Notes: generated by a model not told the origin, from the letters alone. A DNA stretch of 63,166 nt, filler included, from Octopus bimaculoides (GCF_001194135.2; 4 parts of 3 records of this genome joined end to end with filler, not necessarily neighbours in it), one strand, 5' to 3'; shown: positions 1-12,547, numbered from the whole stretch's first letter. A program made the numbers and translations.

Positions 1-235
1 ATTTATCTTATGATATTTACTTTACTTTATATTATACTCATTTATTGTGCTTTTAATTATTAATTTTTCTATATGTGATAGTGGATTTTCATCGATGAGT
101 TCTTGAAAATTGGTTATTTTCCCTAAAACTATATATATTTTATATATACTTTATCTATAAGGCTCAATTTAATTTTTTATAAATTGATTTTAATTGAGTT
201 TTTTACCTGTAATTTTGGATTTTGTCCCTAATAAT

Positions 236-240
236 ATTAT

Positions 241-279
<39 letters not shown>
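236..279. repeat. (TA)n microsatellite
   Basis: Direct read. Confidence 0.95.
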
Positions 280-280
<1 letters not shown>

Positions 281-299
281 ACAATAACAGCATGGACGA

Positions 300-900
300 C
301 ATATATTATCCGCCTATCTCTACTCACTGTTCTCGGGAGAGTGGTTGGGGTAGAGCCCCTAGGTACGTTTTCCATAGACGTCTGTCAGAAGCAACTGTCA
401 TTAGGATTTCCAGCTGGATTCCCGAGGATGATCAACTGGGATTATAGATATCAAACCATCTCGTTCTTGGTTTACTCCTAGCTTGAAGAATCTTTCATGA
501 AATTATTTCCGGTGACATTCTAATCACATCTCTGTAGTACACTCATTCGGTTATTACCCAATAGTCATGGCCATTGTTGAGGATAGGCACAACAATCGAA
601 GTGAAGAAAGTGAGTTTGGCTTTTTTACCAATCTTTCGTCTTCTGAGGATCGAATGGCACATTACTAATGCGAGTCTAGCATCCAATTCAGTATGCAATG
701 AATGGTTTCGCTACCAAATGCTACAAAGTAGGGTTGAGAAATAATGTTTCAAATACTGAGATGTTGGTCTCTTCAAGCAAGTCTTTATAGTGCGCTCTGC
801 ATGTTAGTGGAACATCACTGAGATAAATAGAGTAGCGTAAGTATTTCCGGCCCATATTCATGAGTAATGGGAGGCGGGAGGCTGAACTAGAGGCACATAT
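300..900 (-). mobile_element. Degenerate RTE-clade LINE, 3' fragment (RT C-terminus)
   Basis: Minus-strand translation gives ELDARLALVMCHSILRRRKIGKKAKLTFFTSIVVPILNNGHDYWVITE and ...KPRTRWFD...DRRLWK. This matches the RTE C-terminal pattern KAKLxIYxSIxVPxLTYGHExW / GRPRTRW / DRxxWR. Stops and frameshifts present; boundaries approximate. Confidence 0.7.
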
Positions 901-989
901 TAGTCATTCGAAAACACACAAAATCTTTTAACTTTACTTAAGCATTCATTATTTGATGTGAAAAATTTCATTGCACCAATTGCGAACTG

Positions 990-1124
990 GTCACAGCCAG
1001 TTGCAGTGGATCCGTGATAGTGGATTCGTTTAAAAAAAAACCTTTACCTATAGTCTGCATACTAGGATCGAACTGGAATCGTGTGATTACAAAACTAATA
1101 TTTTAACCACACAGTCATGCCTGT
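990..1124 (-). mobile_element. tRNA-derived SINE head fragment
   Basis: Reverse complement acaggcatgactgtgtggttaa...ccagttcgatcc has Pol III A-box-like and B-box-like motifs; same head type as the 9965-10740 copies. Confidence 0.55.
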
Positions 1125-1754
1125 GTTACTATTTCTCAAACATACTTTCAATCAAGAATCCGAATAGCTGAGTGAGATTAGTTTGTTTGACGCGTAATTT
1201 TAATTGTTACTAGTTTGTAATTAACACGGAGACAGAATTGAAAATTTGGTCAGTTTTCATTGTCATTACATGCTTGTCACTTGATAATAATTTCTTAACA
1301 TCCTTTGGATAAACTGGTATTGCCATTGTTGCATTACGACACGAATTCGTGCCTTTTGTAAGGCTGAATGAAAATCTATTCTTCTCGATAGACAAAGATT
1401 CCAGCTCTTTGATATGTTTCAGCTAACAACTAGACGTGATGACAAGCGACGAACAGAAAGAAAAATATCAGCATTGAAATAACTGCATGCACTTTCAAAA
1501 GAGATTTCCCAAACATGGTAAACTAATTCACCAGAACTAAACCGAGTGTATGAAACAGTTTCGATTCCTTGTTGTAGTCATTTCATTTCATTTATATTGC
1601 AAATGTTTCGAAGAAAGACATGGAGGTTGCATATTACGATATGGTATGCTCGTTCTGCTAGAAAGATAGAAAGAGAAAATGAAAACAACGAAAAATAGTT
1701 ACAGTATCGTCTCGAAATGAAGCTTCACAACATTCGGTGACAATGAGTAGCTTC

Positions 1755-2000
1755 AAATCTCAAGAATCTTTCTTATCATTCTTTTAGAATACAGGATGAC
1801 AGTTTTCTGCATGTCGGCGTTGTGTGTCTCAATTCTAATATCCTACAGCCTCTTTGGTAGCAGTTTAGGTATAATTGGTGGATTGTGTCAATCCACCAAT
1901 TACGCCAGGAACAACTGTCGTATTTGTCTTCCACAATCTTTTCATCTCTCCAGATAGGTTCTTATATTTCTCAATTTTCTCCATTTCTTTGATATCCATG
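1755..2000 (-). mobile_element. Remnant of a non-LTR retrotransposon with restriction-like endonuclease (REL), C-terminus
   Basis: Minus-strand DIKEMEKIEKYKNL..EMKRLWKTNTTVVPGVIGGL and ...DMQKTVILYSKRMIRKILEI*, the EKxxKYxxL / VPxVIGALG / LQKxV pattern of R4/NeSL-type elements. Confidence 0.65.
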
Positions 2001-2039
2001 CTATGATTATATAGCATTGCAAAATCTATGGTCTTACAA

Positions 2040-2200
2040 TGTTTTTTTTCGTCTGTCTTTACGTTCTGAGTTCAAATCGGCCGAGGTCGACTTTGCCTTT
2101 CATCTTTCGGAGTCGATAAAATAAGTACTATTTGTGCACTAGGGTCGATGTAATCGACTTATCATCACCTCTCCCGAAATTGCTGGCCTTGTGTGATATT
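2040..2200 (+). mobile_element. tRNA-derived SINE (family A), 5'-degenerate, with (TTA)n tail at 2205-2268
   Basis: B-box ctgagttcaaatc followed by the family core gaggtcgactttgcctttcatc..gtcgataaaataagtac, which recurs throughout the window. Confidence 0.85.
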
Positions 2201-2201
2201 A

Positions 2202-2268
<67 letters not shown>

Positions 2269-2819
2269 CAATAGTCAGGACGAAGCGCGCGATTCGATTG
2301 TAATAGATATTTTATTGGTTGAAGGATATTTCGACAGTAAGTCTGTCTTTGTCAAGTTCAAAATAAGAAGTGATAAAAATTCAAAATAAGAAATTTAAAC
2401 GTAAAGTATGAACGAGAGCAACCAGCGTCCACACGTTGGTGGAATGACATCATCAGTTTTTAAGTTACAATTTTATAACAGGCGAAAAGAAAAAGACACA
2501 AAAAAAACAGAAAAAAGACGATAGAAAAAAAAGAAGGAAAGAAAAAAGAACATTTAATCAAACAGTTTTGTATAAATTTTATGATATTCTCCTGTCATCT
2601 TACTCATTTCTCCGGGGCGTGATGTTAATAACCCGCAAACATATTTCTCCTCATGCATTCTGCTTGCTCAATCTCAGTAAAGGCTTTGTAAATTGTAGGG
2701 AGACAAGTTAGCGGTCTGAAATTTTGTGGGTTTGCCGTTTCAGTGGATTTGGGAATTAGTGTTTTATCGCTCTCAACTTTCGGAGCAGTGTTTAATCGTT
2801 CTTACCTTTCGCAGCAGTG

Positions 2820-2823
<4 letters not shown>

Positions 2824-2889
<66 letters not shown>
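2824..2889. repeat. (TAA)n/(ATT)n array at the 3' end of the Dong-like element
   Basis: Direct read; abuts the element 3' UTR. Confidence 0.95.
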
Positions 2890-5800
2890 GTTTGACTTTT
2901 GTTTTATATTTGTACAAGTTGGTTCCAAGTCTCACCCATGGATCTCAAGAGACAATAAATTAGAAGTTCATGTTGATGTTATGCCTAGGGTGTCATGTAT
3001 TTGGTTTTGCATACAGTGTTATTCTAGAGAACGTTTAAGAAAACAAGAAAATTATGTGTTTGTTTTAAAATTTGAGATTAGGAAGACAATATTTTACATA
3101 GGATATGGGCATTTCCCATGAGTACTATCTTTTGAATTTCTGGCATTTTGGGGTTTCCTGGTATCTGAGCTAGGTAGCAATCAGCCCCTTTTGCTATCAT
3201 TCCTAGGGCACATATGACAACAGGTATTGTTTTAGTCTTCAGGTTCCACATTTTGCCAATTTCTGTTTCAAGATCTTTATACTTGCTCAGGATTTGGTAG
3301 GTCTTGACAGATACATTTATATCGATTGGGACAGACATATCAATGAGGAGGCATGATTTTTTTTTGAAGTTTTTTAATATAATATCTGGCCTATTCGCAT
3401 CTATCTTTCTGTCAGTTTGAATGGTGAAGTTCCAGAGGAGTGAGATGTGATCATTTTCAAGCACTGGAGATGGTTTGTGTTCCCACCAGTTTTTATCATG
3501 GGGTAGGTCGGTTCAGATTTTTAAAATTACCCAGTGAATATATTTTGCTGCTTTATCATACCTGTTGAGATACTCTGTAGGTGCAAGAAGACTGCACATG
3601 GAGACATTATCAATGGTTTCATTTTGTTGTTGATATACACGACATGCTGGGCAGCTTCCGTCCTTTAATATGTTTGCCTGGTAGGGTCTTGTAGGTAGAC
3701 ATTGATCTTCGGCTGCTATGATAAACCCTGCTGTTTCTGATTTTAATCCAGAAGCCACTAACCATTGATGGTTAAGGGCTTTGTCAACATCAGCACCATA
3801 ACCCTCTTTAGGTATTTGCCATTGAGAGGTTTTTCTTGCCATTTATCAATCAGAATATCTAAGGCAGTAGTTTTAGCACGGGTTTTCATACCCTTAGCTT
3901 TTTCTGTGCCTGTTTCTAGTACGTCTAATTCTTAGATTTGTTGTGTTTGGAATTCACTTAGATAATCCTTTGCCTGTTTTGTTACTAAGTATGATGCTTT
4001 CTTGTTTTCATGTTTTAAGAGAAGTTTTAACATCCAATCATCAGAGCTTTTCAGGTAGGTGTCTAGGCCAATTGTGGTAATCTTCATCGTTAATTCTAGT
4101 TGTAAAGGTTCACGGCCTCCCTCTTTCCTTAGCAGATAAATTCGTTCTACATCTGCCTTAAGATGGTGCATTCTAGGCATTGTCAACAATTTTCGTACAT
4201 TTCAGTAATTGACCAGTTAATGATATTGAATCTCTAAGTCACGACTGGTATGGCTAAAGTATTGATCGCTTCGATCTTGTTTCATGCATTCAGCTCTATC
4301 TTGAGTATTGCCCTTACCCTACGATAACATTCTCTTCTGATCCTTTCCCTCATAACTAAATGTTTGATTCCGTTCCCTTCAAATACCCTAGATATTTGTA
4401 GCTCTCCGCTGGTTCTAACTCTTTTATGACATTCTGCCTGTCAAGATTAACAGTAGATGTTTCTGTCATTTTTCATACTTTGCTATGCGGGCAGCTCTAG
4501 CACATACCTTTTGCTTGATAGCATCTATGGTAGTACCGATGTCAAATATGGTTTTCATATTCTATTTTCTCATTAATTTTCGTGTTTTTGTTGGTTTCTA
4601 AGTCTTATCAAACTTAAGGTTTTTAAACATTCTATGTCAGACCTAAGTAACTGAATTTGGTGTTGAATACGCTCTTGCCAAGTAGGCTTTTTGTGAGAAT
4701 GTTGTCATTTTCTAATCTTTTCATCACATAGTATTGTTGAGATTTTCGCGGATGCATAGTACAGGTGGTTGAGATCCGTAATATCCACATCATTAGCTGA
4801 AATTATATCCTTAAGTGCAAGACGGATTTTACCAATTACTTTTAAGTTTTGGTTAGAATTGCGAATTTTGGGGAGGTTGTCGCGTTCATTCATACTGGTT
4901 TGTTTAATTTCAGCCATTCAATCATGATTTGATTTTTTAGATCATGTAGTTCTGTTGGGTTAATTTATATGTGACTTTCTTCATCTATTTGATTTTCATC
5001 TGCCTTAGTGTTTATAGTTGGTTCGGAGATTATTTCACTTTCCCTGTCAATTACATTAATTCTTTCATTCATTATTGCATCTTCGACAGCCCTGGGCTGG
5101 TCTACATTTATTTCCTCTGTAGTATCTTCTTTAGCTGCAGCTTCGTTCCTTTTATCCCTTACTGATTCAGTTAGTAATTCAGTAATTTCTTTTTCATAAT
5201 GTTTCTTCTGACGTTAGCAAGTTTGTTACAGTCTATGTAGGGTCATACCTCAAGGTATTTCTGGTCTCCAGTTTAAGTAGGTTTGTACAGTATTAGATCT
5301 ATTTGTGGGGAAATATATGGCATGATAAAAGGCTGTAAGAACTTCTTTATTATCTCCCCTAGAACATTTTTCATTCTTCTTCTTTTGGTTATTTGATGAC
5401 GAGCATGGATGGCCATCTGTTGGAATATTCTGGTTCTGAAGTACTTCGGGAAGATTCGAACCAGTAGCTGATTTTTCGAATCGAATCTGGTTCATTTTTC
5501 GAGTACGTGCTCCTTGGTGTTCCAGGTGAAAGCACATCCGGTTTGTGTTTTGCTTTGTTATCATTGAGGCATGACGAGCTTGGACGTTGACATTAGGGGA
5601 CAGATCTGTCTGTTTAGGGTTAATTTTTTGAGACAACACCGCCTCCAGGTTCTCTGCATCTAAACATTGCTCGCACTGTAACTTTTTAAGGCTAACAGAT
5701 CTGTATTCGTCCGTATTTTTTTTTTGCTGATAGATTTATCTCCGGGCATATTATTTTTGTGGTGTTTTTAAACTTATGAATTGTTCACTCTGTGTTAGTT

Positions 5801-5990
5801 CGAAAAATAAAAAAATAGTCTTGTTTTGTTTTTGTTTTGCTTCGTTTGTGACACGTCTTTTCATATGCGTGTATGTGTGTCCTGTAAATTTCACGTAGTT
5901 GTGTAAATATTGGGATGTATGTGTAGTCCTATGGGTATTAAAATCTATATATATGATTGTGTAGACATTCGAGTGTATGCGTAATTGCTC
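2890..5990 (-). mobile_element. R4/Dong-like non-LTR retrotransposon (single ORF, RT-CCHC-REL), decayed and internally deleted
   Basis: Frame fragments: N-terminal NKEVLTAFY and KPTWQERIQHQIQLLRSDI; late RT YKYLG and HLKADVERIYLLRKEGGR; zinc-knuckle region SETAGFIIAAEDQ..CRV..ETID; REL NRPDII..IDMSVP..SKYKDL..IPVVICALG. 5' boundary approximate. Confidence 0.85.
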
Positions 5991-5994
5991 AATT

Positions 5995-7232
5995 TATTGG
6001 GTTGGCAAGTAAGTTCCCGCCGTTTTCTCAATTTAAATTTTTAAAATCTTTTAAAAGGTTTGATAAAAAATAACAACTAACTAATCAATAATGTATTCAC
6101 CCTTGTTGTTTACAACTTCTTCCCAACGTTCAACAAGATTTTCAATACCTCGTCGATAGAAATCACCCGATTTCGACTCGAAAAATTGATCCAACCAAAC
6201 TCTCAATTCTGCATCAGTATTGAACGAAACTCCGCGCATAGCATTTGAAAGAGATCGAAAGAGGTGGAAATCCGTTGGTGCCAAATTAGGAGAGTACAGC
6301 CGGTGTGGCAGCACTTCCCAGCCATGCGTTTGAATTGCTTCCTTGGTCATATTGGTGATATGAGGGAGGGCGTTGTCGAACTCCATGCTGCCGATTAGGA
6401 GTTTTCTCTTGAATAGCCGTGTTGAGTCGGCCCATCTGTTGAAAATAGAGTTCCGCGTTGAACGTTTGGTTCCGTTCAAGCAATTCGTAATGGATAATCC
6501 ATTCCCAGTCCCACCATACGTACAACATCGTTTTACGCGGATGAAAATCTTGTCTCACGAGCGGTGTCGCTTGTTTACCGGGGCTAAGCCATTCCTTACA
6601 CTGCTTCATATTGATGTACAGGCACCATTTTTCGTCGCCAGTAACGATTCGGTAAAGAAATCGTTGTTTGTGTCCGTGAGTTGAGCGGTGACGAGCAAGC
6701 AAACCAGAGGAGATTGTGGTTCGTTGATTTTTGTTGTTGTCACTTAAAGCATGCGAAGCGCATGCTCTATACTTCTGAACCTTTCCCATCCAGTGAAGAT
6801 GCTTCTCTATAGCAGCGTGGAAGCATTCCATTTTCTCTGCCAGTTCCTTTGTCGTTTGATGAGAATTTTCGTGCAAAAGTTGGTTTAATCGCTCTTCATT
6901 GAACTCAACTGGACGGCCAGAACAATGTGCATGTTTGAGGTCAAAATTTCCATTTTTGAACTTGGCATACCAATCACGAGCGGTTCTTTCAGCTATGACA
7001 CCCTCTCCATACACAGCACAAATGTCGCGAGCAGCTTTTACGGCCTTAGAACCTTGATTAAAAGCAAAAAGAAGGAGGTGTCGAAAATGCTCATTTTTCT
7101 TAACTTGACATTCCATTTTAATGATCTGAAAATAAATAAAAATTAACTAAAATTAACTAGAAAAAGAAACAAAACAAAATAGATTCCAAAATGATTTTAA
7201 AATAGAATTCTCGAAAAAAATAGATTCCAAAA
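5995..7232 (-). mobile_element. mariner (D,D34D) DNA transposon; other end lost in the gap
   Basis: TIR-like TATTGGGTTGGCAAGTAAGTT at 5995, followed by a transposase on the minus strand. Confidence 0.9.
6081..7116 (-). pseudogene. mariner transposase pseudogene, about 345 aa with one frameshift near 6380
   Basis: ORFs 6286-7116 and 6081-6479 join to give an HTH region, IVTGDEKW, DNALPH and YSPNLAPTDFHLF, with exactly 34 residues between the second and third Asp. Confidence 0.92.
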
Positions 7233-7624
7233 NNNNNNNNNNNNNNNNNNNNNNNNNNNNNNNNNNNNNNNNNNNNNNNNNNNNNNNNNNNNNNNNNNNN
7301 NNNNNNNNNNNNNNNNNNNNNNNNNNNNNNNNNNNNNNNNNNNNNNNNNNNNNNNNNNNNNNNNNNNNNNNNNNNNNNNNNNNNNNNNNNNNNNNNNNNN
7401 NNNNNNNNNNNNNNNNNNNNNNNNNNNNNNNNNNNNNNNNNNNNNNNNNNNNNNNNNNNNNNNNNNNNNNNNNNNNNNNNNNNNNNNNNNNNNNNNNNNN
7501 NNNNNNNNNNNNNNNNNNNNNNNNNNNNNNNNNNNNNNNNNNNNNNNNNNNNNNNNNNNNNNNNNNNNNNNNNNNNNNNNNNNNNNNNNNNNNNNNNNNN
7601 NNNNNNNNNNNNNNNNNNNNNNNN

Positions 7625-7693
<69 letters not shown>

Positions 7694-7713
7694 CAGTAGT
7701 AGTGGTGGTGGTG

Positions 7714-7760
<47 letters not shown>

Positions 7761-7790
7761 GGTGGTGGTGGTAGTAGTAGTAGTAGTAGT
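7625..7790. repeat. Compound trinucleotide microsatellite (TAT)n-(TAG)n-(TGG)n-(TAG)n-(TGG)n-(TAG)n
   Basis: Direct read. Confidence 0.95.
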
Positions 7791-9191
7791 ACATTTGCAA
7801 ACGGTCAGTAAGTCGTTCATACGACAGGAAATGTTTCATTATGTAGAAGCAAAATTAAATGGAAAACTAAAAATGAAGCAGAAAAACATGTACTTTACAG
7901 ACTTTGACATCATTAGTGGAAACGATGTGTAGTATAAAAGTATCCAAAAACAAATGCTGTTATATAATCACATAAAAAATTTAATACGGAAGGTGCTGAT
8001 CCTAAAGCATTGTAGAAAGCTATAGAAAATACGCTGAAGAAAATAACCGACTTCAGCATTGACAGAATTTAAATTATATTTCTGTCAAGATACAGCAAAG
8101 AAGCCGTTACAATGTAGAGAGAGAATTTCCTTGGCCCCCGTCTTGTATTGCCTTATAGTAATCTCTTTCTATGCATCACGGAAAATCAACATTTTAACTG
8201 TGTGCTAAATTTGTCGAAACAGCACAATAGGAAAAGTGAAAGGGCTTCGCAATGGCTTTTTGACAGTTTTAGATAAAGTTTCGGAAATAAGCCTCTGACA
8301 TAAAGAATTTGTTCCAAATTAAAGAAGAAAAAGAACATAATACTAAAGCAATTCATGTGTACTATAAGCTATGGCTTATTCAACATCAGTATACGTTAAA
8401 TCCCAAGGAAGAAAAACGACAGCAGTTACAATAAAATCAATAAATACTAGTGGAAATCGTAAGAGCCAGATTCTGTATGTAATGCCATTTATACGATACA
8501 ACGTGTAACAGCAACCAAATTCATTCTGAGAAAAATCATTTTTGAAATCTTATATTTTCATTTCGTTAAGTATTTTGAATAATGTTTTTCAATTATTTGG
8601 TCAAATGAAAACGTGATTTTTAGCTGACATACCTACAAAAACTCATTGGTTTAAAATAATTCCAAATGCTTGAAGTGTTATTTGTGATTTACTAAACAGC
8701 CGATTCTGTATTACATACAGTTTCAATATTTCTCTTATTTCAAACACTTCAATTTTATTTCATTGTTTTTGTTGTTGTTCGCTATTCCTAACAACCCTGA
8801 AGTAGCAAATCTATGATCAGAGGCATTCCAACTGGAATCATGCTTAACAGGATTCTGTCAAACGCGTCCTATTTTGACACTGCTTCATGTTTCATTTAAT
8901 TCATTCAGTTCTGTGAGGAGATAATTTTTTTTTTTTAAATCTGAACAAATATATAGTTGTGGTCTGAAGACGTTCACTTTCACTTCATAATCACAGAATT
9001 CAGTTTCTATCCGATGCGCAATAATTTGTGGAAGTGTCTCATATCATAGAATATAGATGGTTAAATATCGCGAGGAAAATTTGGTTAATAGAATGTGACA
9101 TAAGCCAGTCAAATGTATGTTTTTGGAAAACAGAATGCTATGAACGTTGCGGAAAAAACATTTTTATGTTGTGCTTAAGCGCTTTCACGCT

Positions 9192-9240
9192 TCAACATTT
9201 CAAACACGTGTTTCGGGCTAATCCCTATAGAGGAAGTTGA
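9192..9240 (-). ncRNA. Degenerate minimal hammerhead ribozyme at the PLE 3' end
   Basis: GGG-AUUAG-CCC helix II, GAAAC, palindromic ACACGUGU helix III, GUU triplet and UCAAC/GUUGA helix I. The CUGANGA box is decayed (CUCUAUA). Confidence 0.5.
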
Positions 9241-9244
9241 TTTT

Positions 9245-9900
9245 AGCTATGGTGTTGACTGTTTCCGGTTTAGTTTTGGATTTTGAGCTCTTATAAAGTG
9301 TTCGTAATTGATCCTTTTTCTTCGTTTATATTGAAAACAGGAACTATTTCGAATTTTCCATTTGCAGAAATGTCTTGATGACACTACATGGAATATTTCT
9401 AACAGATGAATCTTTAATTTGCGGTTTGCGCCTTTTCACACGACCGGTTAGTTATGATCATATTTCTCCGGTGTGATTCTCACATTTTGGGCAAGGGATT
9501 CAGTAGATAAGATTATTTTGTTTTGCAATTCATGTTTGCTTTCACCTTTAATTCCTTTCTATTCTTGAATATTTTGGCCATTCATTGTTCAATTATTTCA
9601 CGCGTCTCACAACGACGGTCTCCGGTGTTTGTTACCGTCCTTATCTCTTTCTCCGTCTTTGTTAGGCGTCTTTTGAGATTTGGTGCTTCTCTACGTCTGT
9701 TGACAATTTGTGATTTTTTAATTATCTGTTAGAGATTTGATGATTGATGTAAAACTGGGAGGTATCGTTTGGTCGAATGTAAGGTGTTGGGTTTCTAGGA
9801 TTATGGGTGACTACATGTGGAATATATGTTGTGCTAATTTTTTCACCTTCATAGTGGATGTTTTTCCGTAAGACAGAGATTTGGATTTCTCTTGCAGACG
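9245..9900 (-). mobile_element. Penelope-like element, GIY-YIG endonuclease region remnant
   Basis: Minus-strand translation with stops: VTHNPRNP..LPVLHQS..APNLKRRLTK..GDRRCET..FKNRKELKVKANMNCKT..NLIY.IPCPKC..GE..IPCS..KPETVN. This matches the PLE pattern PNLKxxL / CxxC / NLIYxIxCxxC. Confidence 0.75.
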
Positions 9901-9908
9901 CATATTCA

Positions 9909-9951
<43 letters not shown>

Positions 9952-9964
9952 GGATCTGTAACGT

Positions 9965-10337
9965 GCTTTAGTCAATAGACTGCGGCCATGCTAGTGCACC
10001 ACCTCGAAAAAGTTTAGTCTGGTACTTATTCTGTGGGTCTCCTTTGCCGAACAGATAAGTTACGGGGGATGTAAACACATCAATGCCGGTTGTCAAGCGA
10101 TAGTGGGTGACACAGACGCAGAGTCACGCACGCACGCACGCACACACGCGTGCGCACATATACGAGTTACTTTCAGTTTCGGTGTACAAAATCCACATAC
10201 AAGGCCTTGGCTGGCCCAAGGCTATAGTAGAAGACACTTGCCCAAGTGAGACTGAACCAGGGATCATGCAGTGAGACTCAACTAGGAGCCATGTGACTGG
10301 AAAGCAAAGTTCTAACCACACAGCAACACCCGCACTT
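9965..10337 (-). mobile_element. tRNA-derived SINE (family B) with internal (CA)-rich tract
   Basis: Tail tagtcaatagactgcggccatgct, body ccgaac..aagttac..accggttgtcaagc, head ..accacacagc; homologous to the adjacent copy. Confidence 0.8.
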
Positions 10338-10351
10338 TTGTAAATATATAT

Positions 10352-10740
10352 TACTTGTTTTAGTCATTAGAGTGCTGTCATGCTGGGGCACCACTTCGAG
10401 AAATTTTAGTCGAAATAATCACCTGGTAATTATTCTATCACTCTTTTTTGCCGAACTGCTAGGTTATAGGGACCAACACCGGTTGTCAAGTGGCTGTGAG
10501 AAACAAACATATAAATACAATACACACACACTCACTCACACACACATACAAACACACACACATACACACATTCGCATACATATACATACGACGGCCTTAT
10601 TTCAGTTTCCGTCTTCGAAATCCACTCACAAGGCTTTGGTCGGCTATAGTAAAAGACACTTGCGCAAAGTGCTACGTAGCGGGACTGAAACCGGAACCAT
10701 ATGATTGAGAAGCAAGATACTTACTTCACAACCATATCGG
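10352..10740 (-). mobile_element. tRNA-derived SINE (family B), tandem second copy
   Basis: Same blocks as 9965-10337 (agtcattagagtgctgtcatgct, aaatccactcacaaggc, aagacacttgc). Confidence 0.8.
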
Positions 10741-11214
10741 CTGGCAGTTTTGTCTTATACACATGCATAAACATACATGTATTACTCTGCAGTTTTGAGA
10801 TTCTTCATTCTCCTCCTCACATATTTCTCTATTTTCAGGAAATTTCAAACTTATTTTTAGTTCAGACATTAAAATCTTTCGCATTCATTTCAGTATAAAA
10901 CGAGAAATATGATCTTTATGATATATATTTTAATATATTCATTTGTTGCAATAAAAATAAAAACACGTATGAAGTAATATTGTAGCTATGTGATAACCAA
11001 TCACGGAGAAAGCTACTCAAAATTGCTATATATGTTAATGAACTTGATTTATCGCTATTAGAATTTATATCTTCTCTCACATTACATAATTCACAGCATG
11101 ATAGTATTTCATTAATATATTAATATTTGAAAAAAGTGATATTCTTAGGTATGATCATGATCAGCCACCTACTTGGTAGCAAGGTTGTGAAGGAAACTAT
11201 CTTATTCTACACAT

Positions 11215-11410
11215 CACCCTTTAAATCTTATGGTCTTGCAGATTTTTATAGTCCCAGATATCGTGATCATTTGTAGCATATGAATTATAGATATGCATTC
11301 TCTCCCCAAGTTCAGCCATACTTTGCTTTAGACGGGTTGGTATGTATCCTGTTGCTTCAATAACGATAGGCATGAAGCTGAAAGTGTATCTTGGGTAGTG
11401 GTGTCTATGT
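11215..11410 (-). mobile_element. C-terminal remnant of another REL-type non-LTR retrotransposon
   Basis: YTFSFMPIVIEATGYIPTRLKQSM resembles the PIVIGALG motif of REL C-termini; flanked by a (TATG)n array. Confidence 0.45.
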
Positions 11411-11900
11411 ATGTATGAATTTATGCATGTATGAATGTATATACGTATGTATGTATGTATGTATGTATGTATGTATGTATGTATGTATGTATGTATGTAT
11501 TTGCGCACATATAAGCTTTCTGTGGATAAACATGGAAATACATTTCTAAATTACCGATGAACGGAAAAGTATGATTGAGGAAGGGAAACTCCCGATGGAA
11601 CGTTTCTCGGGTTTCTTAGAAAACATGTTTGCGGTATCATCCCCCAAAGCACAAATCAGCTACTTATAAAGCAGTTGTGAATTAGGCTGGCACCATATTG
11701 GATAGTTTAGTTTCCGTATTTGAGCTTTGGATAACCCTTCCTTAAATAAACAGCATATATACATACATATGTATATATATATATATATATACATACATAC
11801 ATACAGATGTACAGGAAATTATGTGGATAAACAAATTATATATATTAAATATAACAGCTTTGGTATGAAATGCAAAATATATATATGCATNNNNNNNNNN

Positions 11901-11947
<47 letters not shown>

Positions 11948-12147
11948 TTTCGGTCTTCACTTCTCTAGAAAGAATGTGTTCATATTCTTAATTACTCATA
12001 GTGAAGATTCATAATATTTAAATTTCTTTCATTTCTTCTGATCCGCATATAGATATGGTTTAATTGAAAACCAGCCGCCAAAAGCACGAATAAGCATATT
12101 ACAATGTCCACTATGACAAGAGCATATTTCGTGACTGGTTTATATTA

Positions 12148-12372
12148 TGGTAGGTTGAAAATTTCACTGGCTGACCAAGACACTGTCTTGGAAAGTGACC
12201 AAACGAGATTTATGTTTCAACATATTCCTACTTACCATACACACTTCTTCCATCGATGTTGAAGTGTTTGGATCTCATCGGTGAAAAAGCTTTCATCCTG
12301 TTGGTCAAAAATGTCATCAGCAGCAGATATGACGTCATCATCACTACGATGATGGCTCCCAGCGAAGTACTT
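12148..12372 (-). mobile_element. mariner 3' fragment with TIR
   Basis: FAGSHHRSDDDVISAADDIFDQQDESFFTDEIQTLQHRWKKCV is a mariner C-terminus; TIR-like ggtaggttgaaaatttca near 12148. Confidence 0.75.
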
Positions 12373-12423
12373 CATCCGTGTGTGTGTGAGTCTATATTTA
12401 TTTATATCGGCACATAGATATAT

Positions 12424-12462
<39 letters not shown>

Positions 12463-12547
12463 TAAACGTAATTATATACACACATATTTATGCGCGCGCG
12501 CGCGTGCGTGCGTGTGTGTGTGTATGTGTGTGTGTTTATATATCTAT

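Noticed and set aside
2275-2460. ggacgaagcgcgcg and a minus-strand CUGAUGA about 150 nt apart
   Set aside because: They cannot be assembled into one consistent hammerhead on either strand.
7800-8420. Possible hAT/ZNF862-like transposase relic (EGADPKAL*KAIENTL, KAIHV)
   Set aside because: Similarity is too weak and fragmentary to call without a profile search.
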